A DNA stretch of 64,000 bases from an uncultured Acidobacteriota bacterium. Its GTDB lineage: Bacteria; Acidobacteriota; Vicinamibacteria; Fen-336. Both the position numbers and the translations under genes were made by a program. The notes under the pieces were generated by a model. It saw nothing but the letters and a program-made list of their open reading frames with translations. It was not told the origin of the DNA and did not search any database. Location: the NCBI GenBank assembly GCA_963720545.1, contig OY970399.1, positions 672,001-736,000 of the forward strand. The letters run 5' to 3'. Within the stretch, counting starts at the first letter, position 1. Every line of letters starts with the position of its first letter. Positions 51,817 to 62,634 of this stretch are shown here, piece by piece.

Positions 51817-53043
51817 GACGCTGCGAGTCGCAGGTACTCGCGCGCGCTGGCGAGCCAGCCGCCCACGATCGCGGGCACAGCGCAAAGGGGCGGGTGCCGG
51901 GAAGCGTCGAGCAGGTCGCCGATGGGAGTCGCCCGGCCGCGCACGCGATCGGCCAGGATCCGCGCGGCCAGCGTGCCGAGGACCAGTTTGTTGCTGGCGA
52001 AGCCGCTGGCGTGGAACGCATTCGACTCCTTCGCGACACGCCCGATGTACGGCATGCCATCCGCCGGTTCGTGCCATTCGCATGACGAGCGGTGAACCAC
52101 GCTGCCGACATCCCACCGTTGGCGGGCATGCGCTTCGAGGCGCGCGAAGCGCTCCGCGGCGTCGGTGCTCTGGCTGGCCGGATGGCGCTCGCCGCGCAGG
52201 ATCAAAAGGCTGCCGCGCTGCTGCACGTCCGGCTCGGCCCGAATCGAGTGGCCTGCCGCCGCCATGTCACGGAACAGGCCATCGGCGAGCGGCGCACGCG
52301 CCATCAGGCCAACCTCGTAGGTTCGCCAGGCGGTCGTACGTCCGGCCGCGGGCCCGAAGGCGCGCGAACTCTCGCCGGAGAAAATCACGTGGCGGGCAGT
52401 GACCGCCGCGTACTCGGTCGTCAGGCGGTGGCCCACTGCGGTGGCGCGCGTGCCGTGCACCCGCGTTGCTTCGAAAACGCGGCCGCCGGCTGCGCTCAGC
52501 AGGCGCGCGAGGCCAAGCAGGTAGCGGATGAGGTCGAAGCGCGCCTGGCCGCGGACCATGATCGCGTCCGAGACCTGGAACGGCAGCGGCGGACGATACG
52601 TCATGCTCACGGGCACGCCCAGCAACCGGAGCGCATCCGCCTCGCGCGCCAGCGCACGCTCCCCGCCTGGCTGCTCCACATAAAGGTAGGTGGGCACACC
52701 CTGCCAACCGCATCCCTGCGGCATGCCGCGGGCCAGACGCTCCATGAAGAAGAGCGCGTCGGCGGCCGCGCTCATGTAGAGCCGGCCGTCCGCGGTGCCG
52801 AGCCGTCCGAGGAGCCGGGCCGCTGGCATGTCGGGAAGCGCCGTCAGGTGCGCGGTGGCCGCGCCGGTGGCGCCGTCGCCAATCTCGCCTGCTTCGAGGA
52901 CGGCGACGCTGCTGCCGTATCGCTGCAGGAGGAGCGCCGTGGTGAGGCCGGTGACTCCGGCGCCGACAACCGCCACGTCGACGTCGAGCGGCTCGCGAAG
53001 GCTGGGGTACGCGTTCGTCTGAGCCAGAGACGCCAGGGGTCAC
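51813..53043 (-). CDS. FAD-dependent oxidoreductase (DAO family), probable frameshift in the first codons
   Basis: DVAVVGAGVTG, EAGEIGDGATG, DGMPYIG. The nearest RBS-preceded GTG (53043) is 1 nt out of frame. Confidence 0.8.
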
Positions 53044-53063
53044 CCGCCTTTCGCGCGGGGAAG

Positions 53064-53079
53064 AGCAAGGGTGATGCCA
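53064..53079 (-). promoter_or_regulatory. Putative sigma54 promoter of the FAD oxidoreductase
   Basis: TGGCATCACCCTTGCT (GG-N10-GC). Confidence 0.7.
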
Positions 53080-53257
53080 CGCTCGAACAGTACTGTTCTC
53101 CCGGGAACACGCAAGGCAACGGGTGCACGTTCTACAAATTGGCTGGCCGTGTGCTCCCGTCGCGGCGACCAGCGAAGGCAAGGGCACCGGCGCCGAGTTC
53201 GTGCTCAACCTCATCCTCGTTGTTGACGACAACGAAGACGCGGTGCAGAGTCTAGTC

Positions 53258-53476
53258 GTGACGAGCGATCAGCCCGAAGACGCCGCGAGCCCGCGGCGCA
53301 AGGCTATCCACGACCTACGCGGGCAGCTCGGCACGATCTCGAACTGGGTGCACGCGCTCGCCGAGAGCAAGGACGCGGCGGCGATCCTGCCGCAGGCGGT
53401 CGCGGCGATGGACCGCGCGGTGCGCGCGGCCGCGGAGCTTACCGAGACGCTGCGGGAGCCGCCGCAGCAGCCTTAG
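53258..53476 (+). CDS. Small stand-alone HisKA/DHp-like protein (72 aa)
   Basis: AIHDLRGQLGTI H-box followed by a second helix. GC3-rich codons. Confidence 0.55.
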   Translation: MTSDQPEDAASPRRKAIHDLRGQLGTISNWVHALAESKDAAAILPQAVAAMDRAVRAAAELTETLREPPQQP

Positions 53477-55244
53477 TCGTGGCCGCAGCCACAACCTGGA
53501 CTTGCGGGCGCAACGGGTACGGGTAGCCCTTCGCGAGCGCGACTTCCAGCGTGCGGTCGTGCCCGTAGATGTCGTCGACGAAGAACACGACGCCGTCGGA
53601 GTTTATGTGCACGGTGTCGTAGAAGAGCACCACGCTGAGGTGTTTCTTGAGGTTGACGCGCGTCGGCCTGCTGCCGTTCATGGCGGCGGCGATCCGCTCT
53701 TTCGTCCACTGCGGCTGGTCGCGCAGCACCCACGCGGCCATGGCGGCGGGGTTCTCGAGGCGGATGCAGCCGTGGCTGAAGTCGCGGCGCGCGCGCGAGA
53801 AGAGCGACTGTGCCGGCGTGCCGTGCATGTAGATGCTGTCGGAGTTCGGGAAGATGAACTTGGCGAGGCCGAGCGAGTTCTTGGGGCCGGGGCGCTGCCG
53901 CACGAACAGCCGCCCGGCCGCTACCTTGTCGAGGTTCTCGGGCGTCACCGGCAGCGGCGCGGCGTTGTCGTCGCCGTTCGGCACGATCTCCATGTCCTGG
54001 CTCGCGAAGTAGCCGGGATCGTGCCGCGCTTTCGGCAGTATCTCCTTGCGGATGATGCTGTAAGGCGGGTTCCAGTACGGTCGGAAGATGATGTACTGCA
54101 TCTCGTCGATGAACACCGGCGTGCGATGGTCGATCGACTTCCCCACCACCACGTTCATGCGCAGCGGCTCCTCGCCCGACTGCGGATCGGTGGCCCAGAG
54201 CCGGAACAGCGGCAGGTTGACGAAGATGTTGGCCTGGTTCAGCTCCGGCAGCCAGCGCATTCGCTCCATCGCGAGTTCTATCTGGTGGACGCGGTGCGCG
54301 AGGCTGACGCTGGCCGCGGCCCAGGTTTCTGGCCCCACGCTGCCGTTCGCTTCGAGCCCGTGGCGCCGCTGGAAGCTCTTCACGGCATCCACCAGCACGC
54401 CTTCGTAACGCGTGGTCGCGGCGTAGGTCTCGGCGGCCGGCGCCTTGAGGTCGCCAAAAGCGAGCAACCGCGCCGCGAGCTGCGGCACGCCGTCCCACGC
54501 TTGCCCGGGAAGCACGCGCTTGCCCTTCGCCAGCTCCGGAAGTGCGGGCGGCTCGCCGTTGGCTTCGGCCTTGCGATAGTTGGCGAGCGTATAGCGCGCG
54601 CGCTCGAAGTGGATGAAGTGCGGCTCGAGAAGCGCGAAGCTCTGCTCGAGGCTGCCGTTCGCACGCAGCTCGTGGATCGCAGCGACGCGGTCGAACGGTC
54701 GGCGGGCGATTTCGTAGCCCCAGCTGAGCGTCTCCGGGTCCACTCGCCCGAGGCGCACCGCGCTCAGCAACCGCGCGGTCGCGACGCTGAGGCCGACGTC
54801 GAACGCCACGCGGTCGGCGGCGCTCGCGCCACCACCAGCCGCCGCGAGCCGCTGCCACTCCAGGGCGAGCAGGTCGGCATCGTAGTCGCCGGCGTCCAGG
54901 CCTTGCTCGCCGGCGAGCGCCAGGCCCGCGACGATCCGCGGCACCGTCGGCTGCGGCGTCCTGCCCGTGAACCAGACGAGCCCGTCGGGCTCCGGCGCGT
55001 AGAGCGCGCGCAAGGTTTCGGTGACGTCGCTGACGTCAGGCCACTTGAGCCCGGGCAACTGCGAAACCGCAAGGACCTTTTCGAGCGCGGCCGAAACCTC
55101 CACGGCGGGCGGCCCCTGGCCGGGCTCAGGCGACGGTTGTGGCTCCCGGTTCGGTACTGTGGCGCGACGGCAGGCGCCGTTCGCGAGCAGCAGGCAGCAC
55201 AGCGCCGTCGCGCTGAATCGGGAAACCGGCAGAAAACGCCTCAC
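53439..55244 (-). CDS. L,D-transpeptidase (YcbB/LdtD-like) with peptidoglycan-binding domain
   Basis: Possible lipobox (LANGAC), AVKSFQRRHGL, PYWNPP, QRPGPKNSLG, YMHGTP..FSHGCIRL. Confidence 0.93.
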   Translation of the reverse strand: MRRFLPVSRFSATALCCLLLANGACRRATVPNREPQPSPEPGQGPPAVEVSAALEKVLAVSQLPGLKWPDVSDVTETLRALYAPEPDGLVWFTGRTPQPTVPRIVAGLALAGEQGLDAGDYDADLLALEWQRLAAAGGGASAADRVAFDVGLSVATARLLSAVRLGRVDPETLSWGYEIARRPFDRVAAIHELRANGSLEQSFALLEPHFIHFERARYTLANYRKAEANGEPPALPELAKGKRVLPGQAWDGVPQLAARLLAFGDLKAPAAETYAATTRYEGVLVDAVKSFQRRHGLEANGSVGPETWAAASVSLAHRVHQIELAMERMRWLPELNQANIFVNLPLFRLWATDPQSGEEPLRMNVVVGKSIDHRTPVFIDEMQYIIFRPYWNPPYSIIRKEILPKARHDPGYFASQDMEIVPNGDDNAAPLPVTPENLDKVAAGRLFVRQRPGPKNSLGLAKFIFPNSDSIYMHGTPAQSLFSRARRDFSHGCIRLENPAAMAAWVLRDQPQWTKERIAAAMNGSRPTRVNLKKHLSVVLFYDTVHINSDGVVFFVDDIYGHDRTLEVALAKGYPYPLRPQVQVVAAATTKAAAAAPAASR

Positions 55245-55272
55245 GGGGCGGAGAGTATAGGCGGCATCCTCC

Positions 55273-57279
55273 TCACAGTGCGAGGCCGGGATCGCCCTCG
55301 ATGACACGCTGCTCGAGGGCCGGAGCCACGCCCTTGCGCCACAGCGCCACCTTGTGCGTCACGCGGTAGCGGAGCGGGCCGCCGTCATTGCCCTCGCTGC
55401 GCTCGAGCGGGCGCGGGATGCAGACGAATTCGCAAATGGCTTCCTCGGGCGACACCCGCAGCGTCGAGTACCCGTGGCCGCCCATGTCGACGAAGCGCAG
55501 GTGCGGCGAGAGGTCGGGGTTCGACACCGCACGCGCAGCCGCGGCGTCGCCGCTCTTCTGGAACTCGAGGCAGGAGCGCACGCCGTGGTGCAGCAGCAAG
55601 TTGACGGCGGGCAGCGGCTTGTCGGCGCCGCGATCGGCGACGTACAGGGGCCGCAGGGGGTGGTCTTTCGGGAAGCGATGTTCGAACGCCTCGACGAGGC
55701 CGGGCGCGGAGATCGAGCCGGTGACGAAGGCGGCGCCGACCGGTTCGAAGGCGCGCGGCGGCAGGTCCTTCGCAGACAGGCCCGCCCAGAAGCTGTGGCG
55801 GTCGCCCGAGACCGTGATGAAGCCGGTGATGCCGCGATCCTTGATCGCGTCGTAGACGACTCCGCGCTCGTTGTAGGCGGTGCCGTAGTCGCCGCCGCCG
55901 CCGAAGCACGCGTAGCCGGCGCTCGCCGGCCACGGCTTACCGGTGCCTTGCGGCAGGTTCTGCGGATCGGCCCGCCAGTCGAGCGTGCCCGAGGAGCAGC
56001 CCCACACTTTCCAGGTGGCGGACGACGTGCGCAGTTTGTCGAGAAACCACGCGCGCTGGGCCGGGCCGAGGATCGTCTGCGGCAGTCGCGCATCGAGTTT
56101 GCGCATCGCCTCCTCAGAGACGAGTTCCGGAAAGTCGTCGCTCGTCAGGTCGGGCGCCGACATGCTCGGCTCCTCCGAGCGGTGCGAGTACTGGTCGGTG
56201 ATGATCAGGTCGAGGTTCCGGCCCCAGCGGAGGTTGCGATAGGGCGAGAGGCTCTCGATTGCCGCGAGATTGCCCGGCTCCAGGCCGAGGCCGTGGTCGT
56301 CGAACTTCTCGATCGGCGCGTCTTTCACCGCCGGCGCCTCGAAGCGTTCGAGCGACGGCCCGCCGGCTTTGCGGATGCGCGCGGGCTGATACTCGAACCA
56401 GGCCTGGTTGGCGGCGACCTTGCGCGTCTGCATCGCGCGCAGCTTGCCTTCGAAGCGCTGGAACGACTGGAAGCCGAGCCACGAGAACTCGTGGTTGTCC
56501 CAGATGGGAACGAACGGAAAACGCGCGCGCGCGTCCTGGATGTCGGGATCCTGGAGGTAGGCGCGGTACAGGGCGCGGTAGTCCGCGACGCTCACCGGGA
56601 TGTGCCAGCCCATCACCTTCTCGCCCTCGGGATAGTGCACCAGGTCGCGGAGGCGCCGGTCGTAGCGCTGGCGCACCGGGCGGTCCTCGGGATACTCGAC
56701 CACCTCGTAGACGAAGTCGCCGAGGTGCAGCACGAACGCGAGCTGCTCGGCCGCCGATGCCGCCTCGTCCTCGTGGATCATCCGCCGATACGCGTTCTGC
56801 GCGCCTTCGTTGATGTTCTGGCAGCTGACGAAGGCAAATCGCACCGGCGCCGTGTCGTCGTCGGCGGCGGCGGTGCGGGTGCGACCGATGCGGCTGCCGT
56901 CGCCCTTCTCGGTGATGAAGCGGTACCAGTAGACACGCGCCGGCTGCAGCCCGGCGACCAGCACGCGGCAGGTGTGGTCCGCAGCTGCCAGAGCCCGCGT
57001 CTTCGCGCGCGCGACCACGCGCGCGAACGCTTCGTCCTCCGCCACCTCGACGCGCAGCGCGACATCTTCCGCGGGCGACGGTGCGCCGACACGGGTCCAC
57101 AGCAGCACGCTGTCGGCCGCCGGGTCGCCCGAGGCGACGCCCTCCTTGAACAGCTCGCGCCGCTCCCGCCATCCGCTGGTGGACGGCGAGGGTCGGGCGG
57201 AGCCGCGGGCCCAGGCGACGGTCGCGCCCATGGCCGCGGCCGCGCTGGCGATGAACTCACGGCGGCCGATGCGTGTCAT
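55273..57279 (-). CDS. phoD: Alkaline phosphatase D family protein, Tat-exported
   Basis: GRREFI Tat motif, GVASGDP, FVSCQ, HLGDFVYE, WDNHE, SGDRH. Confidence 0.92.
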   Translation of the reverse strand: MTRIGRREFIASAAAAMGATVAWARGSARPSPSTSGWRERRELFKEGVASGDPAADSVLLWTRVGAPSPAEDVALRVEVAEDEAFARVVARAKTRALAAADHTCRVLVAGLQPARVYWYRFITEKGDGSRIGRTRTAAADDDTAPVRFAFVSCQNINEGAQNAYRRMIHEDEAASAAEQLAFVLHLGDFVYEVVEYPEDRPVRQRYDRRLRDLVHYPEGEKVMGWHIPVSVADYRALYRAYLQDPDIQDARARFPFVPIWDNHEFSWLGFQSFQRFEGKLRAMQTRKVAANQAWFEYQPARIRKAGGPSLERFEAPAVKDAPIEKFDDHGLGLEPGNLAAIESLSPYRNLRWGRNLDLIITDQYSHRSEEPSMSAPDLTSDDFPELVSEEAMRKLDARLPQTILGPAQRAWFLDKLRTSSATWKVWGCSSGTLDWRADPQNLPQGTGKPWPASAGYACFGGGGDYGTAYNERGVVYDAIKDRGITGFITVSGDRHSFWAGLSAKDLPPRAFEPVGAAFVTGSISAPGLVEAFEHRFPKDHPLRPLYVADRGADKPLPAVNLLLHHGVRSCLEFQKSGDAAAARAVSNPDLSPHLRFVDMGGHGYSTLRVSPEEAICEFVCIPRPLERSEGNDGGPLRYRVTHKVALWRKGVAPALEQRVIEGDPGLAL

Positions 57280-57358
57280 GACTCCGACTCTACCCGCGCC
57301 TCTTCAGCGCGGCCGCGACGCCTTGATGCGGCATACTGGATGGTGAAAGGATCAGGCC

Positions 57359-57646
57359 ATGTGCCGAAACATCAAGACACTCTTCAATTTCGAGCCGCCC
57401 GCCACGGATGACGAGGTGCAGGCGGCTTCGCTGCAGTTCGTGCGCAAGCTCAGCGGAATGAACGCCCCGTCGAAGGCCAACAGCGCCGCGTTCGCACGCG
57501 CGGTCGCCGACGTCACCTCGGTAGCTCGCCGCCTGGTGGACGACCTGGTGCCGAGCGCGAAGCCGCGCAACCGCGAAGAAGTTGCCGCTGCGGCGCGCGA
57601 GCGCAACCTGAAGCGCTTCGGCACCCCGTCGAACGCGAGGGCCTGA
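57359..57646 (+). CDS. DUF2277 family protein
   Basis: MCRNIKTLFNFEPPATDDEVQAASLQFVRKLSG. RBS AAAGGA. Confidence 0.9.
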   Translation: MCRNIKTLFNFEPPATDDEVQAASLQFVRKLSGMNAPSKANSAAFARAVADVTSVARRLVDDLVPSAKPRNREEVAAAARERNLKRFGTPSNARA

Positions 57647-57659
57647 GCCGCCCCTGCCC

Positions 57660-57836
57660 TCAGCAGCACCGGCCCGCGCGGTACCGCGACTGCCAGCGGC
57701 GGGTCGAGAACCGGTGCCATTCGGCGGCCGAATGCGGCGCGCCTGTGTGCGCCAGGTGGCGTTCATAGCCGCTCTCGTCGCCGAGGAAACGCAGCAGCCG
57801 CATGATGCCGCGCGCCAGCTCCGCAAGCCGCTTCAC
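57660..57836 (-). CDS. YbdD/YjiX-family CstA-associated small protein (58 aa, not in the ORF track)
   Basis: MKRLAELARGIMRLLRFLGDESGYERHLAH..SRYRAGRCC. GTGA overlap with the cstA stop and terminal RCC. Confidence 0.85.
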   Translation of the reverse strand: MKRLAELARGIMRLLRFLGDESGYERHLAHTGAPHSAAEWHRFSTRRWQSRYRAGRCC

Positions 57837-59915
57837 AACGCCTCCGCTGCGAGCTGCGTGCGCACGTTAGGCGCCTCGCACAGGGCCGCGGACCGCGTGC
57901 CGCGCAGGATGCCGGCCCAGACGCGGACCGAGTCGGCAAGGATCACCGCCACCAACACCACGAACACCGCGCACACAGCCGCGTCGAGGCGCGCATTGAA
58001 GATGAGCGCGCGTGTCTCGGCCACCTTTGCCGCCGCCACGGTGCCGGCGTCGAGCGCCGCCTGCAGGCTGTCGGCCTGCGCCAGGAAACCGAGCCGCGGC
58101 GACGGCGAGAAGATCTTCTGGTACGACGCGGTGAAGGTGACGGTCACGAGCCACGCCAGCGGGGCGCACGTCACCCACATGTAGCGGGCGCGGTGCATCT
58201 TGACCAGGATGGTGGTGCGCGACGCACGAGCGCGATGGCGGCAAGCAGCTGGTTGGCGATGCCGAACAGCGGCCACAGCGAGTTGATGCCGCCGAGCGGA
58301 TCGCGCACGCCCTGGATCAGGAAGTAGCCCCACGCCAGCGACGATCGCGGCGCTCGACAGCGATGCACGCCCGGCATCCAGCTGGTCGAGCCGAGCTTCG
58401 GGTGCACGTTGCCCGAGCAGGTCCTGCAGCATGAAGCGCCCGACGCGCGTGCCGGCGTCGATGATCGTGAGGATGAAGAGCGCCTCGAACATGATGGCGA
58501 AGTGGTACCAGAAGCCGAGCACCGCGTCGCCGCCGCCGACCCGCGAGAAGATGTGCGCCATGCCGAGCGCGAGCGACGGCGCGCCGCCGGTGCGGTAGAA
58601 CAGCGTCGACTCGCCGACGTCGCTGCGCGAGCGCCGCCATCTGTCTGCGACGGTCACCGGAAAGCCCCAGGCGCTGATGGTCGCGACCGCCGCGTCCGGC
58701 GTGCGCGCCGACGACGCCCGGCGGCGAGTTGACCGCGAAGTAGACGCCCGGGCTGCAGCACGCAGGCGGCGATCATCGCCATGATCGCGACGAAGCTCTC
58801 GAGCAGCATCGAGCCGTAGCCGACCGGCCACGCGTGCCATTCGCGCGCGATCATCTTCGGCGTCGTGCCCGAGGAGATCAGCGAGTGGAACCCGGAGATG
58901 GCGCCGCAGGCGATGGTGATGAAGCAGAAGGGAAAGATCTTGCCGGCGAAGATCGGCCCGTTGCCGTCGGCGAAGCGCGTGAACGCGGGCAGCTGCAGGT
59001 CGGGCCGCACGAACAGGATGCCGACCGCCGAGCATGAGGACGACGCCGAGCTTCACGAAGGTGCTGAGGTAGTCGCGCGGCGCGAGCAGCAGCCAGACCG
59101 GCAGCGCGCTCGCGAAGAAGCCGTAGACGATGACCGCGATCGCGAGGCCATCGCCGAGAGCGTGAAGCATCGGCGCGAAGCGTGGCCGAGCTGCGCCACC
59201 CACTCGCCGCCGAAGATGCTCGGCGACCACCAGCACGAAGCCGATCAGCGAGCATCTCGAGCACCTTGCCGGGACGCCAGTAGCGCAGGTAGAGGCCCAT
59301 GAAGATCGCGATCGGCATGGTGGCGGCGATGGTGAAGGTGCCCCACGGGCTGCCTTTCAGCGCGTTCACCACCACCAGCGCGACCACCGCCAGCAGGATG
59401 ATCATGATGAGCAGCACGGTGAGCGAGCGCGATGAAGCCGCCCACCTTGCCGATCTCCTCGCGCGCCATCTGGCCGAGCGACTTGCCGTCGCGGCGCATG
59501 GAAGCAGAAGAGGATGACGAAGTCCTGCACGCAGCCGCCGAGCACCGCGCCGACGATGATCCACAGGGTCCCCGGCAGATAGCCGAACTGCGCCGCCAGC
59601 GTCGGCCCGACCAGCGGGCCGGGGCCGGCGATGGCGGCGAAGTGGTGGCCGAACACGATCCACTTGTTGGTGGGCTCGAAGTCGTGGCCGTTGCGCAGGC
59701 GCTCGGCCGGCGTGGCGCGGCTGTCGTCGAGCGCCATCACGCGCGCGGCGATGAAGTTGCGCGTAGAAGCGGAAGCCGACGAAGTAGGTGCAGGCCGCCG
59801 CGATCACCAGCCAGATGCTGTTGACGGGTTCGCCGCGATCGATGGCGATGGCGCCGAGGCTGAGCGCCGACAGCACGGCGCAGGCGGCGAGAAATGCCCG
59901 GGCGCGCAGGCTCAT
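57833..59915 (-). pseudogene. cstA: Carbon starvation protein A transporter, heavily frameshifted (probably sequencing error)
   Basis: [69 protein letters not shown] spread over several frames. Confidence 0.88.
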
Positions 59916-59922
59916 GCGCAGG

Positions 59923-61455
59923 TTATACGTGAGCGCGCGGCAATTTGGAAACTGCGGCCTCGCGCAGCACCGCGCGCAGGCGCAGCACGCCCTCGCGCAG
60001 GTCCGGCTCGCGGATGCCGCTGAAGCCGAGCATCAGGCCGGGGCGCAACCGGCGGCGCACCGCCCAGCCCGACATCGGCAGTGCGTCGACGCCGCGCTCG
60101 GCCAGTACGGCGCATAAACGCTTGTCGTTCCAGCGTCCGGCGCCGCGGCCGCCGGTGCGCGGCCGCAGCCACGCGATCAGGTTCATGCCGGCGTCGGGCG
60201 CGTCGATGTCGCACCACTGCCCCACCTGGCGGCGCAGCAGCCGCACCAGCAGCGCGCGCCGCTCGCGATAGATATTGCGCATGCGGCGGACGTGGCGTTC
60301 GAAGTGGCCGCCCGCGATGAAGTCGGCGGCCACCCCCTGGATGAGCGCTGGCGGCGCGAAATCCATCAGGCGGCGCACCGCCGTGAACGTGTCGACGAGC
60401 GCCTCGGGCACCACGAGATAGCCGAGCCGCAGCCCCGGCAGAAGCACCTTGCTGAAGGTGCCCGCGAAGATCACGCGGCCGTGCGCATCGAGCCCCTGCA
60501 ACGACGAGAGCGGGCGGCCCTTGTAGCGAAACTCGCTGTCGTAGTCGTCCTCGAGGATGAAGCTCTTGCGCGCCGCCGCCCATGCGAGGAGCGCGAGGCG
60601 CCGGGGCAAGCTCAGTGTCACGCCGAGAGGCAGCTGGCGTGCCGGCGTCACGAACGCGAGGCGCGCGTCCGGGCAGCGCGCGATGCCGGCGGCGACGTCG
60701 ATGCCCTCGCCATCGACGGGCACCGGCACCAGCCGCGCGCCCGCCGCGACGAAGGCGCCGGCCGCGCCGAAATAGCCGGGATCCTCCATCCACACCGCGT
60801 CGCCAGGATCGAGCAGCGACCGTGCCGCGAGGTCCACGCCCTGCTGCGAGCCGGCGGTGACAATTACCTGGCCGCTGCCGCAGCGCACGCCGCGCGATGC
60901 GGACAGGTACGAGGCGATCGCCGCGCGCAGCTCGGGCAGGCCGCGCGGATCGCTGTAGGCGAGCGACGAGGGCGTCGAGGTCCGCCAGCGGCGCGCCGCG
61001 AGCCGTCCCCAGAGCGCCATCGGAAAAACGTCGAGCGCCGGGACGCTGGTGCGAAAGGCGCGCGCGGGCCTGCCCGAAACCGGCGGGAAACGCGCCGACG
61101 CGGCCGCGATGAGCCGGGCGCGGCGCGAGGCCGGCGCGGTCTTCCTGCGCGACACCGGTGCGGCGACAACCTCGGCCCTCGCAGCGGCACGGATGGAGCG
61201 CTCGGGAAGCGACGCCGCCACGCGCGTCGTACCGCGCGCGAGGCCGTCGATGTAACCCTCCGAGCGCAGCAGGTCGTAGGCCAGCACCGCCGTCTCGCGC
61301 GCGACCGCCAATTCCTCCGCCAGCTCGCGCGAGGACGGCAGCCGCTGGCCGGCGCCGAGACGGCCGGCGAGGATGGCGCCGCGGAAGTGTTCGTAGATCT
61401 GCCGGTGCAGCGGCGTCCCGAGCCGCCGGTCGAGGCTCGGGAGGAGCGGCGTCAT
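59923..61455 (-). CDS. MocR/GabR family transcriptional regulator (GntR HTH + PLP domain)
   Basis: [48 protein letters not shown]. Confidence 0.93.
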   Translation of the reverse strand: MTPLLPSLDRRLGTPLHRQIYEHFRGAILAGRLGAGQRLPSSRELAEELAVARETAVLAYDLLRSEGYIDGLARGTTRVAASLPERSIRAAARAEVVAAPVSRRKTAPASRRARLIAAASARFPPVSGRPARAFRTSVPALDVFPMALWGRLAARRWRTSTPSSLAYSDPRGLPELRAAIASYLSASRGVRCGSGQVIVTAGSQQGVDLAARSLLDPGDAVWMEDPGYFGAAGAFVAAGARLVPVPVDGEGIDVAAGIARCPDARLAFVTPARQLPLGVTLSLPRRLALLAWAAARKSFILEDDYDSEFRYKGRPLSSLQGLDAHGRVIFAGTFSKVLLPGLRLGYLVVPEALVDTFTAVRRLMDFAPPALIQGVAADFIAGGHFERHVRRMRNIYRERRALLVRLLRRQVGQWCDIDAPDAGMNLIAWLRPRTGGRGAGRWNDKRLCAVLAERGVDALPMSGWAVRRRLRPGLMLGFSGIREPDLREGVLRLRAVLREAAVSKLPRAHV

Positions 61456-61471
61456 CAGGTTTTGAGGCGGG

Positions 61472-62428
61472 CTACGCCTTCCCGACTCCCTCGTCGGCCG
61501 ACGGACCGTAGTTGGCCGGAAGTCCCTCGACCTGCGCGATGTGGTGGTCGTCGTGCCCGGCGATGAACTCCGCGACCTGCTCGATCGTCATCTCGCCCCG
61601 CTTGGGGTGCATGCCCGTGCGCTGCCAGGCCGCGGCCGGCAGCGCTCGCAGCAAGTTGACGAGCTCCTCGCGCCGCCGCCGGAATTCGCGCGCAACCGCG
61701 ACCGGGTCGGCATCCGCGTAGCGCAGCTTCTCGGTGAGCCTGGGGTTGTCCGTGACCCACCAGGCCGGCTTCTCGGTGAAGGCGGTGTTCGAAACGCGCG
61801 CGGCGAACACGCGGTCGGTGTCGCGCACGTGGCAGCCGATCGCGATCGCGGGCCACTTCCCGGGCTGCGGCGGGCGGCGCAGCGCTTCGGCAGAGAAGCC
61901 CAGCAGCGCCTTCGCGAGGCGCGCCGGCGCCGCTTCGAGGCGGCCGAGCAGAGCGTGGCGCTTCTTGATCGCCTCGATCTGCGCCAGGTGGGCCTCGTCG
62001 TTGCCCACCGCATGGCGGCGTAGCAGATCGTCGACGCTGAGCCGTCCCGAAGTCGGATGGACACCGCCGCGCGCCCACTGGTCGGCCTTGGTCCGCACCA
62101 GCGTTTTCAGGCTTTCGCGGCGCAGCCGCTTCCAGTCCTTCACCACGTCGCCGAGGCGGGCCGAGCGGTAGTCCTCCTCGAGCGCCAGCACGTCGCCATC
62201 GATGTCGGGCAGCTGCGGCTCGTCTTCGGCGAGGATGCGCCGGTAGCGGTCGAGGTAGGCGTCGCGCTCCATGTCGCGCATGTGCACGACGATCTCCTGG
62301 ATCGACCATTTGCCCGGCGCCGGCGCCCACAGCAGCACGGATTTCGGTACGCCCTTCAAGGCGTCGCGCAGCCGGTTCGGCGTGGCGCGCAGGGTCTGGA
62401 TGTGATGCTGGCGGTCGGGATCGCTCAT
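61472..62428 (-). CDS. Tandem DinB/YfiT-family protein
   Basis: Two repeats: GKWSIQEIVVHMRD..NDEAHLAQI and GKWPAIAIGCHVRD..HDDHHIAQV. Confidence 0.88.
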   Translation of the reverse strand: MSDPDRQHHIQTLRATPNRLRDALKGVPKSVLLWAPAPGKWSIQEIVVHMRDMERDAYLDRYRRILAEDEPQLPDIDGDVLALEEDYRSARLGDVVKDWKRLRRESLKTLVRTKADQWARGGVHPTSGRLSVDDLLRRHAVGNDEAHLAQIEAIKKRHALLGRLEAAPARLAKALLGFSAEALRRPPQPGKWPAIAIGCHVRDTDRVFAARVSNTAFTEKPAWWVTDNPRLTEKLRYADADPVAVAREFRRRREELVNLLRALPAAAWQRTGMHPKRGEMTIEQVAEFIAGHDDHHIAQVEGLPANYGPSADEGVGKA

Positions 62429-62465
62429 GCGGTGATTTTACGCCGTTGCCGCGTCCCTGCTGCCC

Positions 62466-62592
62466 CGACCGGCGTTTTCCCGAGGGAGTCAAACGCTTGC
62501 GCCGCGCGACCCCGCCGTTTTCCCGAGGAAGGCAACGCGTGCGTCGCGACCCCCTTCGTTTTCCCGAGGGAGTCAACGCTTGCGCTGCGACC
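62466..62592. repeat. Three imperfect ~42-bp tandem direct repeats
   Basis: Core CGTTTTCCCGAGG starts at 62473, 62516 and 62557 (periods 43 and 41), each followed by a conserved ..CAACGC.TGCG..GCGACC-like tail. Confidence 0.9.
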
Positions 62593-62634
62593 GAGGGATC
62601 TCCGTAACCTGCTAAGCTTCGAAGAGAGGTTTCC

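Noticed and set aside
57660..57662. TGA read as selenocysteine in the YbdD/YjiX-like protein
   Set aside because: Both terminal Cys residues are already TGC codons, so the TGA is at the normal stop position.
62466..62592. CRISPR array (GTTTTCCC start resembles some repeats)
   Set aside because: The units are similar along their whole length with no unique spacers, and there are no cas genes in the window.
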